Shown here piece by piece: positions 16,249 through 24,000 of a stretch of 24,000 bases of DNA. The notes under the pieces are model-generated. The model was not told the DNA's origin. It saw nothing but the letters and a program-made list of their open reading frames with translations, and searched no databases. The DNA is from Pseudomonadota bacterium (GTDB taxonomy: Bacteria; Pseudomonadota; Gammaproteobacteria; Burkholderiales; Burkholderiaceae_C), in the NCBI GenBank assembly GCA_018241225.1, contig JAFEEG010000053.1:15576-39575 (forward strand). The letters are read 5' to 3'. The translations under genes were made by a program, and so were the position numbers. Each line of letters begins with the position of its first letter. Within the stretch, counting starts at the first letter, position 1.

Positions 16249-18294
16249 ATGACCTCGACTCTCCAAAGCTACATTGCCGGCCGCTGGATCGGCCAGGAAG
16301 CCGCGCAGGAACTGCGCAGCGCCATCAACGGCCAGGTGGTGGCGCGCACGCATGCCGAATCCATCGATTTCGGCGAGGCCGTGGCCCATGCACGCAACAA
16401 GGGTCTGCCGGCGCTGCTGGCGCTGGATTTCCAGCAGCGCGCCGAGCGCCTGAAGGCGCTGGCCAAGTACCTGGCCCAGCACAAGGAAAAGCTCTACGCC
16501 ATCTCCACCCACACCGGTGCCACGCGCGCCGACAGCTGGGTCGACATCGAAGGCGGTGCCGGCACGCTGGCCGCCTACGCCGGCATGGGCAGCAACGAGC
16601 TGCCTTCGGGCAACGTGGTGCACGAGGGCCCGGCCATCCCGCTGGGCAAGAAGGGCAGCTTTGCCGGCACCCACATCCTGGTGCCGCGCCAGGGCCTGGC
16701 GGTGCACATCAACGCCTTCAACTTTCCGGTGTGGGGCCTTCTTGAAAAGTTTGCGCCCAGCTTCCTGGCCGGCATGCCCTGCATCGGCAAGCCCGCCACC
16801 GCCACCAGTTACCTCACCGAAGCGATGGTTCGCCTCATCAATGAATCGGGCATCCTGCCCGAGGGCGCGCTGCAGTTGGTGATCGGCGGCACGGGCGACC
16901 TGCTCGACCGGCTCGACGGCCGCGACGTGGTCACCTTCACCGGCTCGGCCGACACGGCGGCCAAGCTGCGCGTGCACCCGAACGTGGTGCGCCAGTCGAT
17001 CAGCTTCAACGCCGAGGCCGATTCGCTCAACTGCGCCATCCTCGCGCCCGACGTCACGCCCGACGACGAGGAGTTCGACCTCTTCGTGAAGGAAGTGGCG
17101 CGCGAGATGACGGTCAAGGCCGGCCAGAAGTGCACCGCCATCCGCCGTGCCATCGTGCCGCGCCAGCATGTCGATGCGGTGGCCGAGCGCCTGCGTGCGC
17201 GGCTGGCCAAGACGGTGGTGGGCGACCCCGGCCGCGAAGAGGTGCGCATGGGTGCGCTGGCATCGCACGCGCAACGCAACGACGTGGCCGAGCGCGTGGC
17301 CGAACTCATGAAGGGCGCCGAGCTGGTGTTCAGCGACCGCGACGGCTTTGCCCCGGTGGGCGAGGGCGTGGACGAAGGTGCCTTCTTCTCGCCCACGCTG
17401 CTGCTCTCGCGCAATCCGCTGACGCACGATGCGGCGCACGACGTGGAAGCCTTCGGGCCCGTCAGCACGCTCATGCCCTACGACGGGATCGACGAGGCCG
17501 TGGCACTGGCCGCACGTGGTCGCGGCAGCCTGGTGGGCACGTTGGTCACGCGCGACCCCGCCATTGCCGCCAAGGTGGTGCCGCAGGTGGCGGCGCTGCA
17601 CGGCCGCTTCCTGGTGCTCGACCGCGAAGCCGCTGGTGAATCCACCGGCCACGGCTCGCCGCTGCCGCAGCTCAAGCACGGCGGCCCCGGCCGCGCCGGC
17701 GGGGGCGAAGAGCTGGGCGGCGTGCGCGCCGTCAAGCACTACCTGCAGCGCACGGCGGTGCAGGGCTCGCCCAGCATGATCGCGGCCATCACCGGCGAAT
17801 ACATGCGCGGCGCCAGGTTCAACGAGGGCGAACAGCACCCCTTCCGCAAGCACTTCGAAGACCTGGCCATCGGCGATTCGCTGCTCACGCACCGGCGCAC
17901 CGTCGGCGAGGCCGACATCGTGGCCTTCGGCGGCATCTCGGGCGACTACTTCTACATGCACTTCGACGAGATCGCGGCCAAGGAGTCGCCCTTCGGCAAG
18001 CGCATTGCGCACGGCTATTTCGTTCTGTCGGCCGCTGCGGGCCTGTTCGTGTCGCCCGCGCCGGGGCCGGTGCTGGCCAACTACGGGCTGGACACGCTGC
18101 GCTTCGTCAAGCCGGTGGGCATTGGCGACACCATCCGCGCACGCCTGACCTGCAAGCGCAAGATCGACCGCAACAGGAAGGACGCCAACGGCGTAGGCCA
18201 GGGCGTGGTCGCGTGGGACGTGGAAGTGACCAACCAGGACGGTGAACTGGTGGCCAGCTATGACATCCTCACGCTGGTGGCCAAGCGGGCCTGA
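16249..18294 (+). CDS. paaZ: Bifunctional PaaZ: oxepin-CoA hydrolase (C-terminal MaoC hotdog) / 3-oxo-5,6-dehydrosuberyl-CoA semialdehyde dehydrogenase (N-terminal ALDH)
   Basis: 681 aa. Contains [11 protein letters not shown]...[34 protein letters not shown], the ALDH Glu in FNAEADSLN, the catalytic Cys in GQKCTAIRR, and a C-terminal MaoC-type segment [29 protein letters not shown]. Confidence 0.9.
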   Translation: MTSTLQSYIAGRWIGQEAAQELRSAINGQVVARTHAESIDFGEAVAHARNKGLPALLALDFQQRAERLKALAKYLAQHKEKLYAISTHTGATRADSWVDIEGGAGTLAAYAGMGSNELPSGNVVHEGPAIPLGKKGSFAGTHILVPRQGLAVHINAFNFPVWGLLEKFAPSFLAGMPCIGKPATATSYLTEAMVRLINESGILPEGALQLVIGGTGDLLDRLDGRDVVTFTGSADTAAKLRVHPNVVRQSISFNAEADSLNCAILAPDVTPDDEEFDLFVKEVAREMTVKAGQKCTAIRRAIVPRQHVDAVAERLRARLAKTVVGDPGREEVRMGALASHAQRNDVAERVAELMKGAELVFSDRDGFAPVGEGVDEGAFFSPTLLLSRNPLTHDAAHDVEAFGPVSTLMPYDGIDEAVALAARGRGSLVGTLVTRDPAIAAKVVPQVAALHGRFLVLDREAAGESTGHGSPLPQLKHGGPGRAGGGEELGGVRAVKHYLQRTAVQGSPSMIAAITGEYMRGARFNEGEQHPFRKHFEDLAIGDSLLTHRRTVGEADIVAFGGISGDYFYMHFDEIAAKESPFGKRIAHGYFVLSAAAGLFVSPAPGPVLANYGLDTLRFVKPVGIGDTIRARLTCKRKIDRNRKDANGVGQGVVAWDVEVTNQDGELVASYDILTLVAKRA

Positions 18295-18320
18295 GCGCAA
18301 CCAACACAGGATCCATTCGC

Positions 18321-18629
18321 ATGATCAAGGTCTCGGTGATCTATCCCAACGACGAAGGCAGCACCTTCGACATGGACTACTACCTGGGCACCCACATCCC
18401 GCTGTGCCAGAAGCTGCTGGGCGCGGCCCTGCTGAAGGCGGAGGTGGACGAGGGCCTCTCGGGCCCCGCGCCGGACAGCCGCGCGCCTTTCGTGGCGGCG
18501 GTGCACCTGTACTTCGAGTCGACCGCGGCCTTCTACGAAGCCTTCGGTCCGAACGCCAAGGCGATCCGAAGCGACGTGCCCAACTACACCAGCATCAAGC
18601 CAATCACGCAGGTGTCCAAGGTTCGCTGA
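18321..18629 (+). CDS. EthD-domain / TIGR02118-like small protein (dimeric alpha+beta barrel fold), function unknown
   Basis: 102 aa: MIKVSVIYPNDEGSTFDMDYYLGTHIPLCQKLLG...AVHLYFESTAAFYEAFGPNAKAIRSDVPNYTSIKP. I recognise the N-terminal MIKVSV.YP....FD.DYY pattern as this family. It starts 26 bp after the paaZ stop on the same strand. Confidence 0.75.
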   Translation: MIKVSVIYPNDEGSTFDMDYYLGTHIPLCQKLLGAALLKAEVDEGLSGPAPDSRAPFVAAVHLYFESTAAFYEAFGPNAKAIRSDVPNYTSIKPITQVSKVR

Positions 18630-18657
18630 GCCTGCCGCCTTGCCCGAGTGAGCTTCG

Positions 18658-19416
18658 TCAGGCGCTGAGTCCGCCGTCGACCACGATGTCGGCACCGGTC
18701 ACGAAGCTCGCGCCGGGGCTGGCCAGGTAGGCCACCATGCTGGCCACTTCCTGCGGCTGGCCGTAGCGGCCGATGGCGATGCCGGGGCCGACGAGCTTTG
18801 CCGCGTCACCGTCGGCCGGGTTCAGGTCGGTGTCGGTGGGGCCGGGGTGCACGGTGTTCACCGTGATGCCGCGCGGCCCGAGGTCGCGCACCAGGCTGCG
18901 CGTGAATCCGGCCACCGCGCCCTTGGTCAGCGTGTAGATCGAGGCGCCGCCAAAGACCGCGTAGCGCGTCATCGAGCTGCCGATGTGCACGATGCGCCCA
19001 CCCGCCTTCATCACGCGCGCCGCCTCCTGCGTGGCCACGAACACGCCGGTGACGTTGACTGCCAGCATGCGCTCGTAGTCCTCGAAGGAAACATCCTCGA
19101 TGCTCGACCACTGCGCAATGCCGGCGTTGTTGACCAGGATGTCCAGCCCGTCGAAGGCTTGGGCAGTCTGTGTCACCGCGGCGCGCACCGCAGCCGGGTT
19201 GCCCGCATCGGCCTGGATGGCCAGCGCGCGGCCACCTTCAGCCTCGATCTGCGCGACCACCGCCTGTGCCTTCTCGGGCGATGCGTTGTAGGTGATGGCC
19301 ACCCGGGCCCCGTCGGCCGCCAGCCGTCGGGCAATGGCCGCGCCAATCGAGCGCGAGCCGCCGGTGACGAGGGCGGCCTTGCCGGCCAGGGGGAGGTTGC
19401 TCTTCTTGCTTTCCAT
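18658..19416 (-). CDS. Short-chain dehydrogenase/reductase (SDR) family oxidoreductase
   Basis: 252 aa. Carries the cofactor motif ALVTGGSRSIGAAIA, NNAG, and the catalytic S...YTLTK. GGAG lies 7 nt upstream of the ATG at 19416. Confidence 0.9.
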   Translation of the reverse strand: MESKKSNLPLAGKAALVTGGSRSIGAAIARRLAADGARVAITYNASPEKAQAVVAQIEAEGGRALAIQADAGNPAAVRAAVTQTAQAFDGLDILVNNAGIAQWSSIEDVSFEDYERMLAVNVTGVFVATQEAARVMKAGGRIVHIGSSMTRYAVFGGASIYTLTKGAVAGFTRSLVRDLGPRGITVNTVHPGPTDTDLNPADGDAAKLVGPGIAIGRYGQPQEVASMVAYLASPGASFVTGADIVVDGGLSA

Positions 19417-19466
19417 GATTTGCTCCAGACAAAGTCGTGTTGATGACGCAGTGAATGGTGGGTTTT

Positions 19467-19517
19467 CGATTGCTTCTTCGGTAGTGGAGAATCGGTGGAA
19501 TCTTTTTCAAGCAATCG
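19467..19517. promoter_or_regulatory. Inverted repeat in the SDR/LysR divergent intergenic region (candidate regulator site)
   Basis: CGATTGCTT (19467..19475) and AAGCAATCG (19509..19517) form a perfect 9-bp inverted repeat with a 33-bp spacer. The spacer contains the near-direct repeat GGAGAATC/GGTGGAATC. The repeat ends 16 bp before the LysR ATG. Confidence 0.3.
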
Positions 19518-19533
19518 TTGAAGGTGGCGCGCA

Positions 19534-20484
19534 ATGGAGACCCTGGCCAATCTCGAGTCCTTCGTGCGCAGCGCCCAGGCGCGCAGCTTCTCTGGCGCGG
19601 CTCGGCGGCTGGGCCTCACGCCGGCGGCGGTGAGCCGCAACGTGGCCACGCTAGAGCGCAACGTCGGCCAGCGCCTGTTCCAGCGCAGCACGCGCCAGCT
19701 CACGCTGACGGAGGCGGGCGAGCGCTTTCTCGTCGATGTGGAGCAGCACCTGGACGGCGTGCAGGCCGCCATTGCCGGCATGACCCTGCAGCGCGGCGAG
19801 CCAGCGGGCGTGCTCAAGGTGAGCGTGGCGCCCAATTTCGGCGTGGACTACGTGCTGCCGCTGCTGCCCACCTTCCTGGCGCGGTATCCGGCCATCCGGC
19901 CCGACTGGCAGTTCGACAACCGGCAGGTCGACCTGGTGGCCGAAGGCTTCGACGTGGCCGTGGGTGGCGGCTTCGAGCTGGCGCCTGGCGTGGTGGCGCG
20001 CGCGCTGGCGCCGGCGCACATCGTGGCGGTGGCGTCACCCGCTTTCATGCACGGGCGCAAGGCGCCTTCAGAGCCCTCGCAACTGGCCGGCTTCGATGGC
20101 ATTGCACTGAGGTCGACGCGCACGCGGCGGGTACGCCAATGGCTCATGCGCGACGCTGCGGGCGCGCAGGTGCCGGCGCAGCCGCGCGAGCAGGTCATCG
20201 TGGACGATCCGGCCGCCACCTGCCGGGCCGCGCTGCTCGGCCTGGGCGTGGCGTTGGTGCCGCTGTCCACCGCCTTGCCGCTGCTGGAAAGCGGCGCGCT
20301 GGTGCGCCTGCTGCCCAAGTGGTATGGAGACCTGGGCTCCATCTCCGTCTACTACGCCAGCCGCAAGCAACTGCCGGCCAAGACGCGGGCCTTTGTCGAG
20401 CATGTGGCGCAGGGCTTTGAAGAGCTGCGCCTGGCGCAGCGACTGCATGCGCTGTCCGCTGCGGCGGGCGGTCCGCGGCGCTGA
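19534..20484 (+). CDS. LysR-family transcriptional regulator
   Basis: 316 aa. The N-terminal wHTH reads LANLESFVRSAQARSFSGAARRLGLTPAAVSRNVATLERNVGQRLFQRSTRQLTLTEAGERF. It is divergent from the SDR gene, the classic LysR arrangement. Confidence 0.9.
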   Translation: METLANLESFVRSAQARSFSGAARRLGLTPAAVSRNVATLERNVGQRLFQRSTRQLTLTEAGERFLVDVEQHLDGVQAAIAGMTLQRGEPAGVLKVSVAPNFGVDYVLPLLPTFLARYPAIRPDWQFDNRQVDLVAEGFDVAVGGGFELAPGVVARALAPAHIVAVASPAFMHGRKAPSEPSQLAGFDGIALRSTRTRRVRQWLMRDAAGAQVPAQPREQVIVDDPAATCRAALLGLGVALVPLSTALPLLESGALVRLLPKWYGDLGSISVYYASRKQLPAKTRAFVEHVAQGFEELRLAQRLHALSAAAGGPRR

Positions 20485-20591
20485 GGTGCACAAGACCCTC
20501 GCGCCTGAACGGTCAGCGCGCGGGGCAGGGCAGCGCGGCGCGGAGAATGGCCTGATTCGAGAGGAAACCAGCGAACCTGCCAGGAGATGCC

Positions 20592-20969
20592 ATGCTGCAA
20601 GACGCCCTCATGTACTCCTACATTCCCGCCAAGGACGTGGCGCGCGCGCGAGCGTTCTACGAAGACAAGCTGGGCTTTCGGCCTTCGCGCGAAATCGGTG
20701 GCGGCGTGACCTACGTGTGTGCCGGCGGCACCGCGTGCTTTCTCTATCCCACGCCCAATGCCGGCACCTCGGCGGCTAGCCAGGCCTTCTGGGAAGTTTC
20801 CAACATCGAGCGGGAAGTGGCCGAGCTGAGCGCGCGCGGGGTGGCCTTCGAGGAATACGACATGCCGGGCAGGGCGCCCGACGCGCCCATCTACACCGCC
20901 GGTGGCGCCAAGGCCGCCTGGTTCAAGGACACGGAGGGCAACATCATGGCCCTCATCCAGACGCTCTAG
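20592..20969 (+). CDS. VOC (glyoxalase/bleomycin-resistance/dioxygenase fold) family protein
   Basis: 125 aa: YIPAKDVARARAFYEDKLGFRP...AAWFKDTEGNIMALIQ, typical of small VOC proteins. AGGAG lies 6 nt upstream. Confidence 0.8.
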   Translation: MLQDALMYSYIPAKDVARARAFYEDKLGFRPSREIGGGVTYVCAGGTACFLYPTPNAGTSAASQAFWEVSNIEREVAELSARGVAFEEYDMPGRAPDAPIYTAGGAKAAWFKDTEGNIMALIQTL

Positions 20970-20975
20970 CGCTCG

Positions 20976-21827
20976 TCAGCTGCGTTCGCGCAGCACCAGA
21001 GTCTGCGCCGCAACGCCGATGCTGCCCTGTTCGTCGAAGAGCCGCGACAGGGTCAGGCCCGCGCCGCTGGCGTCCGCCTGCGTCTGTGACTGCAGGCCGA
21101 TCCATTCGCCCACCGGCTGGCGGTGCAGGTGCAGGCTGAGGTCCGCGTTGGCAAACACATAGCGCTTGGCCGGCAGCACCCAGCTCAGGCCGTTGCCGAA
21201 ATCGGCGGCGGAGATGGCGCGCATGGCTGGCGATGTCGGCATGCCTTCGACGAAGGGAACCACCAGCCGGAACCACGATGCGCCGCCACCGGGCTGGGAT
21301 GGATCGCCCTGCGCGAGCCGCGTCTCCACGGCGCTGCTGTAGAAGGACACGCCTTCTGGCAGGCCGGGAATGCGCAGCCGCTCGCTGCAATCGCCTGGCA
21401 GCGGCCGCAGGCGATCGGGCGTCCAGCCGGGCACGTCGGCGGGCAGTTGCATGGCTTGCTGGCGCAGCATCAGCGCATGGGCGCGCGCGACCAGCGTGCT
21501 GCCATCGAACAGGTCGATGGAGATCCGCGCAGTGGCACGCGATGCCTGCTTGGCCACTTCGGTACGCAGCGGGCTCACGGGTACCGGCCGAACCAGTTCC
21601 ACTGTCAGGCGACCGAGCTGCCAGCCGGGCTCGCCCATGGCCTGTTCTGCCACATGGGCGAACAGGCCGCAGGGCGCGCCGCCATGCTGGGCACGCGGAT
21701 CCCAGGGGCCGCGCGAAAGTACGCTGGGCAGCCAGGTGTCGCCCTGGCGGGTGAACACGGCCGAGGGCGCGTGTTCTTCAGTGCGGGGTTGCTCGGTCAT
21801 GCTGCGCAAGATACTAGAAAGCCGCAT
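20976..21827 (-). CDS. Thioesterase-superfamily protein (TesB-like double hotdog, acyl-CoA thioesterase-like)
   Basis: 283-aa ORF. The sequence FTRQGDTWLPSVLSRGPWDPRAQHGGAPCGLFAHV...ADLSLHLHRQPVGEWIGL resembles the 4HBT_3-type thioesterase-like family. The start is uncertain: ATG at 21827 or ATG at 21800 (MTEQPRTEE...), and neither has a clear SD. Confidence 0.7.
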   Translation of the reverse strand: MRLSSILRSMTEQPRTEEHAPSAVFTRQGDTWLPSVLSRGPWDPRAQHGGAPCGLFAHVAEQAMGEPGWQLGRLTVELVRPVPVSPLRTEVAKQASRATARISIDLFDGSTLVARAHALMLRQQAMQLPADVPGWTPDRLRPLPGDCSERLRIPGLPEGVSFYSSAVETRLAQGDPSQPGGGASWFRLVVPFVEGMPTSPAMRAISAADFGNGLSWVLPAKRYVFANADLSLHLHRQPVGEWIGLQSQTQADASGAGLTLSRLFDEQGSIGVAAQTLVLRERS

Positions 21828-21829
21828 CC

Positions 21830-21850
21830 GCGCGCCCGACCGGGCCGCGC
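21830..21850 (-). terminator. Possible stem-loop just after the porin stop codon
   Basis: The minus-strand RNA GCGCGGCCCGGTCGGGCGCGC folds as GCCC-GGTC-GGGC, extended by GCGC/GCGC with one bulge. It begins 4 nt after the porin stop. There is no clear U-tract and it abuts the longer thioesterase start, so the call is weak. Confidence 0.25.
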
Positions 21851-21854
21851 ACGC

Positions 21855-22946
21855 TCAGAAGGTAAAGCGCATGCCGCCGATGAACTGCGTCAGGTCGTTG
21901 TCCGTGGTGCTGGTCACGCCGGCCGGAATGGAGAACGACGCGCGGCCCAGGCCTGCGCCGTCCTGGTTGCGGAAATAAGTCAGGCCCGTGTAGAGCGTGG
22001 TGCGCTTGGACAGCGAGTATTCATAGCCAATGCCCAGGCCCTGCGTGCGCGCGTTGTCGATGTAGCGCGGGTTGTTCACCACGTACTGGATCTTCACCAG
22101 GCTCACGCCCAGGCGGTAGTCGGCGCCCAGCCACCAGCCGCTGCCGTCCAGGTTGGCCGGCGTGCGATCGTCCACTTCGAGGTAGGCACCCTTGAGGCGC
22201 AGGTTGCCGAAGCTGTAGGCCGCGCCCACGATGTAGCTGCGGCGGTGGGCGTCGGGCGTGACAGTGCCACCCTTGTCGTCGAGCATGGCGGCCGAGATGG
22301 CGACCGGGCCCTGGGCGTAACGCACATAGGCATCGGCCACGCGGTTGCCGCCGGTGTCGTTGACCACCTCGCCAAAGCCGCCTTCCACGCCGAAACGAAA
22401 GCCCGCCCACACGGGCGATTCGTAGCGCACCGAGTTGTTCAGTCGCGCCGGGCCACCGCTGCCGGTGGCGCTGTCGGACGAGCCGCGCACCGGCTCATAG
22501 CCGCCGAAGCCGCCCACCACAGCACTGCTCGGGCCATTGGAGAGATTGGACCAGATGCTGAATTCGTCCGACAGGCGATACAGGCTGGAGTACTGGCGCC
22601 CCAGCATCACGCGGCCGAAGGGCTGGTAGCCCCAGCCGACATAGGCCTGGCGGCCGAAGATGGCGCCCTGGCCGTAGCTGCCGTCGTCCATGTTCAGGCC
22701 GGTCTCGAGCACGAAATCGGCATCGAGGCCGCCGCCCAGGTTCTCGCGGCCCCGAAAGCCCAGGCGCGAACCCGACAGGCCGCCCGACTGCAGGCGCGCC
22801 ACGCGCCCGCCGCCTCCCCACAGACCCTCGGAAAACACGTCGGCCACGCCGTAGATGGTGAGCGTGTCCTGGGCCTGAGCAAGGCCTGCAGCTGCAAACA
22901 GGCTGAGCCCGGTCAATGAGTTCCGGAGCGAAAACAATTGGTTCAT
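21855..22946 (-). CDS. Outer-membrane general porin (Gram-negative porin family)
   Basis: 363 aa from the ATG at 22946. The signal peptide is MNQLFSLRNSLTGLSLFAAAGLAQA|QDTLTIYGVADVF. The sequence is Gly/Tyr-rich with alternating beta-strand character and ends in the C-terminal motif GGMRFTF. The 36 codons upstream in track ORF 21855..23054 were rejected as non-coding. Confidence 0.85.
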   Translation of the reverse strand: MNQLFSLRNSLTGLSLFAAAGLAQAQDTLTIYGVADVFSEGLWGGGGRVARLQSGGLSGSRLGFRGRENLGGGLDADFVLETGLNMDDGSYGQGAIFGRQAYVGWGYQPFGRVMLGRQYSSLYRLSDEFSIWSNLSNGPSSAVVGGFGGYEPVRGSSDSATGSGGPARLNNSVRYESPVWAGFRFGVEGGFGEVVNDTGGNRVADAYVRYAQGPVAISAAMLDDKGGTVTPDAHRRSYIVGAAYSFGNLRLKGAYLEVDDRTPANLDGSGWWLGADYRLGVSLVKIQYVVNNPRYIDNARTQGLGIGYEYSLSKRTTLYTGLTYFRNQDGAGLGRASFSIPAGVTSTTDNDLTQFIGGMRFTF

Positions 22947-23121
22947 TAGTGGCACTTCTTGTGGTTGCTTGGGTCGGATTACACGCGGACAGCAGCCACA
23001 AGGCAAGGCCTCGCAACGACTGTTGCTGCGCCGCCAAGTACTGTTGCCAGTCATTCACGCTTACACCTTACATTAGTCGTTCCGGCAATTCGAGCGACGA
23101 AGACTCGAGGAGGGTTAGTGC

Positions 23122-24000
23122 ATGAATACAGCGCCTCGGCAGTGGTCGAAGCTCCCGAAAAACAGCCAGTGCCAGCAGGGTGCATTGCGCAGGGCGACGC
23201 AAGGTCTGGCCTTGGCGGCCATTGCAGCATCGATGCTCGCGTCGGGGTGCTCCAAGAATGAAGCGCCAGCCAGCGGCCCCCGCGTGGCCGAGGTCTCGGC
23301 ACTCACGGTCAAGGGCCAGACGGTGCCGGTCGCATTCCAGTTCGTCGGCCAGACCGAGAGCTCCCAGCAGGTCGAGATCCGGGCACGGGTCAACGGCTTC
23401 CTTGAAAAGCGCATCTATACAGAGGGCAGCTTCGTCAAGCCCGGCCAGGTTCTCTTCGTCATGGACAAGAAGCCTTTCGAGGCCGACCTGCAGGCCGCCA
23501 AGGGCGAGCTGGCGCAGCAGCAGGCGCGCCTGACCACGGCACGCGCCAACCTGAACCGCGTCAAGCCGCTGGTGGCCGACAACGCCTTGGCCGCCAAGGA
23601 CCTGGACGACGCCACGGGCCAGGAACAGGCAGCCGCCGCCGCGGTGGAAGCCGCCAAGGCCAAGGTGGCCGAGTCCACCCTCAACCTGGGCTACACCACC
23701 ATCAATTCGCCGCTGGCCGGACTGAGCTCCTTTGCCAAGGTGCAGGACGGCGCCTATATCAATGCGACCAACAACCTGCTGACCTACGTCGCGCGGCTGG
23801 ACCCGATGCGGGTGAACTTCAGCCTTTCTGAAAACGAAAGCTTGCGTCTTCGCGAGGAAGTGAAGAAGGGCATGCTGCTGGCAGCGCCGCGCGACGACTA
23901 CGAGGTGGAACTGGTGCTCGCCGATGGCTCGGTGTTTCCGGCACGCGGGCGCATCACCTTCGCGGATGCGGCCTTCAGCCAGGACACCGGCACCTTCCTG
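23122..24000 (+). CDS. RND efflux pump periplasmic adaptor (membrane fusion protein, MexA/AcrA-like lipoprotein), 5' part; continues past the window end
   Basis: This ORF is not in the track because it runs off the window, so I translated it myself (293 codons, no stop): MNTAPRQWSK...LALAAIAASMLASGCSKNEAP...VEIRARVNGFLEKRIYTEGSFVKPGQVLFVMDKKPFEADLQAAKGELAQQQARL...LNLGYTTINSPLAGL. It has the lipobox LASGC. GAGGAGGG lies 8 nt upstream. Confidence 0.85.
   Translation, partial: MNTAPRQWSKLPKNSQCQQGALRRATQGLALAAIAASMLASGCSKNEAPASGPRVAEVSALTVKGQTVPVAFQFVGQTESSQQVEIRARVNGFLEKRIYTEGSFVKPGQVLFVMDKKPFEADLQAAKGELAQQQARLTTARANLNRVKPLVADNALAAKDLDDATGQEQAAAAAVEAAKAKVAESTLNLGYTTINSPLAGLSSFAKVQDGAYINATNNLLTYVARLDPMRVNFSLSENESLRLREEVKKGMLLAAPRDDYEVELVLADGSVFPARGRITFADAAFSQDTGTFL

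Noticed and set aside
18630-18657. An expected bidirectional terminator between the convergent ethD-like and SDR genes; likewise the 6-bp gap at 20970..20975 between the VOC and thioesterase genes
   Set aside because: Only a 5-bp GCCTG/CAGGC pairing with a 20-nt loop is present at 18630..18657, with no U-tract. The 6-bp gap is too short to hold a hairpin. No terminator can be supported from sequence.
20505-20516. A second copy of the operator core: CTGAACGGTCAG between the LysR stop and the VOC gene shares GAACGGTC with the paa palindrome
   Set aside because: Only the 8-bp core is shared and the ACCG/CGGT arms are missing. An 8-mer is expected by chance roughly once in a 24-kb window read on both strands. 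I could not scan the whole window exhaustively for further copies.
9269-22919. Other long antisense ORFs: 9269..11215 (-), 13500..15491 (-), 16108..18300 (-), 21123..22919 (+), 8448..9551 (-), 11349..12746 (-), 12544..13569 (-)
   Set aside because: Each lies opposite a well-supported gene (paaC/D/E, the ABC components, paaZ, thioesterase/porin). Each has Arg/Ala/Gly/His-dominated low-complexity translations without motifs. They are high-GC frame artefacts.
1-24000. A search for CRISPR arrays, IS elements or transposases, integrases, phage or defence genes, tRNA/rRNA, and toxin-antitoxin pairs
   Set aside because: No regularly spaced repeats, terminal inverted repeats, recombinase or nuclease-type ORFs, or RNA-gene-like segments were seen. 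All sizeable intergenic regions (2088..2282, 10064..10162, 11258..11372, 19417..19533, 20485..20591, 22947..23121) are explained as promoter or leader regions.

Overview
This is a GC-rich window, and gene content and codon style suggest Burkholderiales/Comamonadaceae, though that is inference only. A phenylacetate (paa) catabolic locus dominates it. A leftward unit, paaY, a TetR (PaaR-like) regulator and a 5'-partial AraC-family regulator (2087 down to 1), faces a rightward same-strand run of 17 genes (2283..18629) with gaps of at most 115 bp and several ATGA start/stop overlaps. The run is paaG-paaI-paaK, a penicillin-G-acylase-type Ntn hydrolase, paaABCDE, a LivJHMGF-type ABC importer (the LivM and LivG parts are fused), paaZ, and a small EthD/TIGR02118-like gene. 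The lower-pathway genes paaF/paaH/paaJ are not in the window. Downstream are ordinary genes: an SDR oxidoreductase divergent from a LysR regulator, a VOC/glyoxalase-fold protein, a double-hotdog thioesterase-like protein, a general porin, and the 5' part of an RND efflux adaptor lipoprotein. I saw no tRNA/rRNA, CRISPR array, IS/transposase, integrase or phage genes. I found no convincing wholly new system. The best candidate for undescribed biology is the acylase plus ABC importer embedded in the paa operon, which reads as a possible phenylacetyl-conjugate salvage route feeding PaaK. Secondary items are a PaaR-type palindrome centred in overlapping divergent promoters, a structured paaD-paaE spacer with a 29-codon uORF, and the uncharacterised EthD-like terminal gene. 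The long ORFs antisense to these genes are treated as high-GC artefacts.
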